Positions 60,075-64,000 of a stretch of 64,000 nucleotides of DNA are shown piece after piece. The position numbers were made by a program, and so were the translations under genes. The notes beneath the pieces were generated by a model. That model was not told the DNA's origin and did not search any database. It saw only the letters and a program-made list of their open reading frames with translations. This DNA is from an uncultured delta proteobacterium (GTDB lineage: Bacteria; Desulfobacterota; RBG-13-43-22), in the NCBI GenBank assembly GCA_963843145.1, contig CAWJJC010000020.1, forward strand, positions 512,001-576,000, read 5' to 3'. Positions within the stretch are counted from its first letter, which is position 1. Each line of letters opens with the position of its first letter.

Positions 60075-60482
60075 TCACTTTTTGCCCGTTGCCAGGTTGA
60101 GGGCACCTTTGAGGTCCTCCATTGTCCATTTGCCTTGAAAGAAGGCCGGGCCTGAACCCGTAGGGAAGCCGGTGAAGGCGATGGGCTTCCCGGCAACGGT
60201 CCACTTGGGTTGGCCGTCTATCCAAATAACCAGCGGTATATGCTGTCGTATTCCCATTTTGGCCTTGAACTGCTCTCCCTCTTCCGTGTCGAAGTCATGC
60301 CAGGACACAATAATTTTGTCGCCATAAGTGGAAAAAATACCCTTCATCTTGTTGAGCGTATCCAGGAGGGGGCCGTGGTTCATGTAGAGCACGTCAATCT
60401 TGATCGAGGTGGCCGCCTCGGTTTTGCCCCCCAGGCTAAAAATGGCCAAGGCCAAAAAACACACAAAAATAATTTTTTTCAT
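60075..60482 (-). CDS. Periplasmic thioredoxin-fold-like protein lacking CxxC
   Basis: Signal peptide; IKIDVLYMNHGPL, IVSWHDFDTEEG, HIPLVIWIDG (cis-Pro-like) and WTMEDL. Confidence 0.5.
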   Translation of the reverse strand: MKKIIFVCFLALAIFSLGGKTEAATSIKIDVLYMNHGPLLDTLNKMKGIFSTYGDKIIVSWHDFDTEEGEQFKAKMGIRQHIPLVIWIDGQPKWTVAGKPIAFTGFPTGSGPAFFQGKWTMEDLKGALNLATGKK

Positions 60483-61147
60483 GAGACCACCTTTCCATCT
60501 TGCATCCGGATCAGACGATCCGCGGTTTTGGCAAGTTCAGCATCGTGGGTCACCATCAGGATGGTGACTCCCTCTTGGCTATGAAGTCTTTCCAGGATCT
60601 CCAGGATGGCCTCACCGGTGGCCGAGTCCAGGTTTCCGGTCGGCTCATCGGCAAAGAGGATCTTGGGGTGGTTGATGAGCGCCCGGGCTATAGCCACCCT
60701 TTGTTTTTCGCCGCCGGAAAGGGCCGAGGGCAAATGGTCCGACCTGGGGAGTAGCTCCATTTTCTCCAGGAGCTCCATGGCCCGCATTTCCCGCTCTTCC
60801 GCCGGCATCTTTATTGGAAAAAGCGGGAGGGCAACATTCTCCCAGGCGGAGAGCGTGGAGATCAGGTTGAAAGACTGAAAGATGAAACCGACGTTATCCC
60901 GACGGAAAAGGGCCAATTCATCCTCGGTAGCGCTGGTAATTTCCTTCCCGTCCAGCATGACCTTTCCCTCCGTCGGGCGCTCCAGTCCCGAAAGCAATGA
61001 CAAGAGTGTCGTCTTTCCGGAGCCTGATTTTCCAGCCAGGCAGACGAATTCCCCGGTGGCTATAGAGAGCGAGACATCCCGCACCACAGTCAGATCACCG
61101 TATTTCTTGGTGAGACCGGCCCCGGTTAAGATCGTTCCGTTATTCAT
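60479..61147 (-). CDS. ABC transporter ATP-binding protein
   Basis: GKSGSGKTT, LSGGEKQRVA, FADEPTGNLD and VTHD motifs. Confidence 0.93.
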   Translation of the reverse strand: MNNGTILTGAGLTKKYGDLTVVRDVSLSIATGEFVCLAGKSGSGKTTLLSLLSGLERPTEGKVMLDGKEITSATEDELALFRRDNVGFIFQSFNLISTLSAWENVALPLFPIKMPAEEREMRAMELLEKMELLPRSDHLPSALSGGEKQRVAIARALINHPKILFADEPTGNLDSATGEAILEILERLHSQEGVTILMVTHDAELAKTADRLIRMQDGKVVS

Positions 61148-62396
61148 GTCGTAAAACCTCCGCTGGTTTGATTTTTGAAATACTTCGGCCGAGCAACCCG
61201 CCGGTCACGCCGCCGATCACGACTGAAAGCAGGAGGGCAAAACAGGCCAGAGCCCACGAGACGTGCACGGGGAGAGAAAGCGTCTTGAAGACCTGGTCTC
61301 CGCCCCCCGGCAGAAAATGGGGTTTGGGACTCATTTCCCAGGGAATAGGGATATTGACCTTCATGAAGCTCAACCCAAAGGTGATTACGAGGGCCAGCGC
61401 CAACCCCAGAAGGCCGGCCAGAAAGCACTGGACGATCGACTCCGAGAGGAGTTGCGTCACCACGTTCCGGTTCGTCCAACCCACCGCCTTGAGCACGCCG
61501 ATCTCCCGGGTCCGCTCGGTGATGTTGCCGGCCATGGTCTTAAAGGCAATCAAGACGGCCACGATGACGGCAATCAGGGAGGCGGCCAAGGTGAATTTAT
61601 CCGAGAGGGCAAAGAGGCTGCCTAAGAGCTTCAGGAAGGACTCGGGCGTAGCGATGGTCGCCCCTTTACCGATGAGACCTCGCAAGGCGACGGCCAAAGC
61701 GGGAATCTTTTCCTGGTCGGCTTTGATAAAAAGGAGATTGACATCGGACGGGCTGAAGGGGGAGACGGATTGCACCAGGGGGGAAGAGGCGGCCATTTTT
61801 TGCGCCTCCACCAAAGGCAGATAGACGTTGGCCACGGCGATTTTAGCGGCCCGGGAGGCATCGATCAATCCAACGATCGGGAACGACTTGCTAGCCACCG
61901 ATAGGGTATCCCCCACCTTGAGGCCGAACTGCCGGGCGTAAGACGCTTCAATGAGGGCTTCGGATCGACCTTCCGTAAGAAACCGTCCCTCGGTCACCGC
62001 ACGGGAAAGCGTTGCCGGACCGACCCTATTGTTCTGTTCTATTCCCAGGACGATCCAGGCCTTATGGGGATCAAAGACCCAAAGGAGCACGGCGGTACCT
62101 ACCCCTTTCACCCCCGGCAGGCCTTCGATCTTTTTCACCTGCGCCTCGCGGATGGTCTCGGCCGAACAAGGGAAAACGACCCCGCTAAGTTGCTCCGGCA
62201 CATTTCCCGACCGCTGGACGGTGACATCGGCCCCGATCTCTTCCAGGGGGGCGCGGGCGGCCTGGCGATAGGCGGCGGAAAGGGCGTTGAGGATGATCAG
62301 GAGGGCAATGCCTATGGAAAGACCGATGATCGCCGCCAGCGTCCTCCGCCTCTGGTAATAGAGCTCCTTAGCCAAGTAGTGATAATTCATTACCAT
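61140..62396 (-). CDS. ABC transporter permease (MacB/FtsX family)
   Basis: QRRRTLAAIIG, GADVTVQR, ERTREIGVLKAVGW and IKPAEVLRHE motifs. Confidence 0.9.
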   Translation of the reverse strand: MVMNYHYLAKELYYQRRRTLAAIIGLSIGIALLIILNALSAAYRQAARAPLEEIGADVTVQRSGNVPEQLSGVVFPCSAETIREAQVKKIEGLPGVKGVGTAVLLWVFDPHKAWIVLGIEQNNRVGPATLSRAVTEGRFLTEGRSEALIEASYARQFGLKVGDTLSVASKSFPIVGLIDASRAAKIAVANVYLPLVEAQKMAASSPLVQSVSPFSPSDVNLLFIKADQEKIPALAVALRGLIGKGATIATPESFLKLLGSLFALSDKFTLAASLIAVIVAVLIAFKTMAGNITERTREIGVLKAVGWTNRNVVTQLLSESIVQCFLAGLLGLALALVITFGLSFMKVNIPIPWEMSPKPHFLPGGGDQVFKTLSLPVHVSWALACFALLLSVVIGGVTGGLLGRSISKIKPAEVLRHE

Positions 62397-62402
62397 CCTC
62401 CC

Positions 62403-62900
62403 TTACGGACATATCTCTCCCCGCCGCTGAGCCATGGCGCTCTCGATCAAATGCAGAAATTTTTTCTGCTGCTCCTGGCCGAGCATGGACTTGAATTCAA
62501 GCATGTGGGAAACGACGGTCTTTTGTATGTCTTCCTGAATCTTATTAATATGGCTTATGGACGCCTCGATGGCCTGATTATCGGGGTGGTCCGCCCCCAT
62601 GAGGACGACCAGAGAAGTCCTCAACCGGCCCACTTCCTGGTTCTTCTTCACCAGGGCGCTATGGAACACTGCCGCCTTTTCCTGGAAGCGCTTAACTTGC
62701 TCGGGTTTCAGGGACAATTCTTCGAAAAGCATCCCCGGGCCAAAGGGGGCGGGCGGACCCGGCAGACCGCTCGATCTTAAAATCGGGGCCCCGCGAAAGG
62801 TGCGAAACTGCTGGTAATGGGTGTAGGCCGCCGTGCCTAGGAGCGAGGCATTCAAGAGGAGCGAGACGATGAGGATATACTTTAAGAGATTATCTTTCAT
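62403..62900 (-). CDS. Spy/CpxP-like periplasmic heavy-metal sensor
   Basis: IVSLLLN TM, LSLKPEQ and LGQEQQKKF; ATG at 62900 overlaps the anti-sigma stop. Confidence 0.8.
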   Translation of the reverse strand: MKDNLLKYILIVSLLLNASLLGTAAYTHYQQFRTFRGAPILRSSGLPGPPAPFGPGMLFEELSLKPEQVKRFQEKAAVFHSALVKKNQEVGRLRTSLVVLMGADHPDNQAIEASISHINKIQEDIQKTVVSHMLEFKSMLGQEQQKKFLHLIESAMAQRRGEICP

Positions 62901-63358
62901 CGGTGGCCTCCGACCAAAGCCACATAGATGCCTCCGATCGAATTGGGAGGTGTGGCCTGAAAGAGATCGAGAGAAAATGACTCCTGAACGGTCGTGGGCC
63001 TTTCTGGTGTTTTGCCGGTGACGAGCAGGTTGCCGGAGACCATGCCGATAAAGATAACGACCAGGGCGAAGGCCACTTGGACCGCCCGCAGAAAGACCGG
63101 GTGGAGGGTAAAGAAACTCCAGAAGGAGGGGCGGGTTTCTTTCTCTTCGATCCGGGCCATGACCCTCGTGGCAAACCCATAAGGCGCCTCGAACTTTTCT
63201 GCAGGGCCAAAGAGTTGACGCATGGACTTGGTCTCTTCCAGCGCTTCTTGGCAAGCCGGACATCCTTCAATGTGGGAGATGAATATCTTCGCTTGGTCAG
63301 GACCGAGTTCATCGTCCACAAACGGGGAGATCATTTTTTTTATTTGTGAGCACTTCAT
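62897..63358 (-). CDS. Anti-sigma factor with zf-HC2 domain and TM helix
   Basis: MKCSQIKKMISPFVDDEL...HIEGCPAC, APYGFATRVM, TM segment. Confidence 0.87.
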   Translation of the reverse strand: MKCSQIKKMISPFVDDELGPDQAKIFISHIEGCPACQEALEETKSMRQLFGPAEKFEAPYGFATRVMARIEEKETRPSFWSFFTLHPVFLRAVQVAFALVVIFIGMVSGNLLVTGKTPERPTTVQESFSLDLFQATPPNSIGGIYVALVGGHR

Positions 63359-63380
63359 TTTTTCTCCCTCCATACTGTTA

Positions 63381-63405
63381 AACGACTGAGATTCGATTTT
63401 GTTCC
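63381..63405 (-). promoter_or_regulatory. ECF-sigma promoter upstream of the anti-sigma gene
   Basis: Minus strand GGAAC-N16-CGTT (GGAAC AAAATCGAATCTCAGT CGTT), followed by a GGAGGGAG RBS. Confidence 0.7.
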
Positions 63406-63422
63406 CAAAATTCTTCTTCGTT

Positions 63423-63968
63423 TCAACCCTTTTTTTGCAGGAGCCTGCGCAACTCCTCCCGCGCCCTTGATAGCCTCGATTTCACGGTTCCGATGGAAGC
63501 CGGTAATGCCTCGGCAATCTCTTCATAGGAAAGTCCCTCGATCTCCTTCAGGACAATCACCGTTCGAAACTTCTTCGAGAGACTACGGAGTGCGGTCTCT
63601 ATCAGCCGGCCGGTTTCCTTTGATTGGACCAACCGTTCAGGAGAAGGTTGGTGGGTGGGTAGGTTGTCGACGGCAGATTCATCTTCGCAAGGCTCGGGGC
63701 GTGACTTTTTTTTATAGTCAAGACAGGTATTGACGGCGATGCGGTAAAGCCAGGTGTAAAAAGCGACGTCCGGCTTAAAATTCTTGAGAGCGACATACGC
63801 CTTGAGAAAACTGTCCTGCGCTGCATCCTGGGCTTCTTCGGCATCCAGAAGCATGTAGCGGCAGAGGTTGTATATCCTGTCTTGATATTTGCGGAGAAGC
63901 TCCTCGAAGGCCGGACGGTCGCCGCCCTTGAAGCGTCGGATCAGGTCTAGGTCGTCGGAAAAGGCCAC
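63423..63968 (-). CDS. ECF RNA polymerase sigma factor (RpoE/SigW-like)
   Basis: GDRPAFEELLRKYQ, AQDAAQDSFL, FYTWLYRIAVN and EGLSYEEIA...GTVKSRLSRAR. Confidence 0.93.
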   Translation of the reverse strand: MAFSDDLDLIRRFKGGDRPAFEELLRKYQDRIYNLCRYMLLDAEEAQDAAQDSFLKAYVALKNFKPDVAFYTWLYRIAVNTCLDYKKKSRPEPCEDESAVDNLPTHQPSPERLVQSKETGRLIETALRSLSKKFRTVIVLKEIEGLSYEEIAEALPASIGTVKSRLSRAREELRRLLQKKG

Positions 63969-64000
63969 GGGTCCGTCACTTTTCGTCCTGCCGGATGGCG

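Overview
A 64 kb chromosomal window from a GC-rich anaerobe, most consistent with Desulfobacterota/Deltaproteobacteria. This assignment is inferred from gene content: HdrABC, HdrL, MvhD, MetFV, sigma54 regulation and fused HisHF. (1) Bases 1-4 kb hold GlgE-pathway glycogen genes. (2) Bases 4-23 kb hold a redox locus: hdrCBA plus two kinases, converging on a sigma54-driven metF2-hdrL(Sec)-mvhD(Sec)-metV-metF operon with two in-frame UGA/SECIS recoding sites. (3) Bases 23-30 kb are an accessory region of three paralogous beta-helix surface proteins, all ending in LYLPLI-x-R/K, around a tyrosine recombinase. They are bracketed by two pairs of conserved, exactly spaced non-coding end motifs (L-cargo-R-integrase-L-cargo-R), the best candidate for an undescribed cassette system. 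(4) Bases 30-41.5 kb hold fdhD, hisHF, a Mg-type NRAMP operon, enolase, and a fluoride riboswitch in front of a dynamin-like GTPase. (5) Bases 41.5-64 kb are a minus-strand metal/envelope-stress island with two ECF sigma/anti-sigma/Spy triads, two ChrA, RND efflux and two ABC systems. Scattered single-base frameshifts in about ten genes suggest long-read assembly errors. All calls come from reading motifs by eye; no database search was run.
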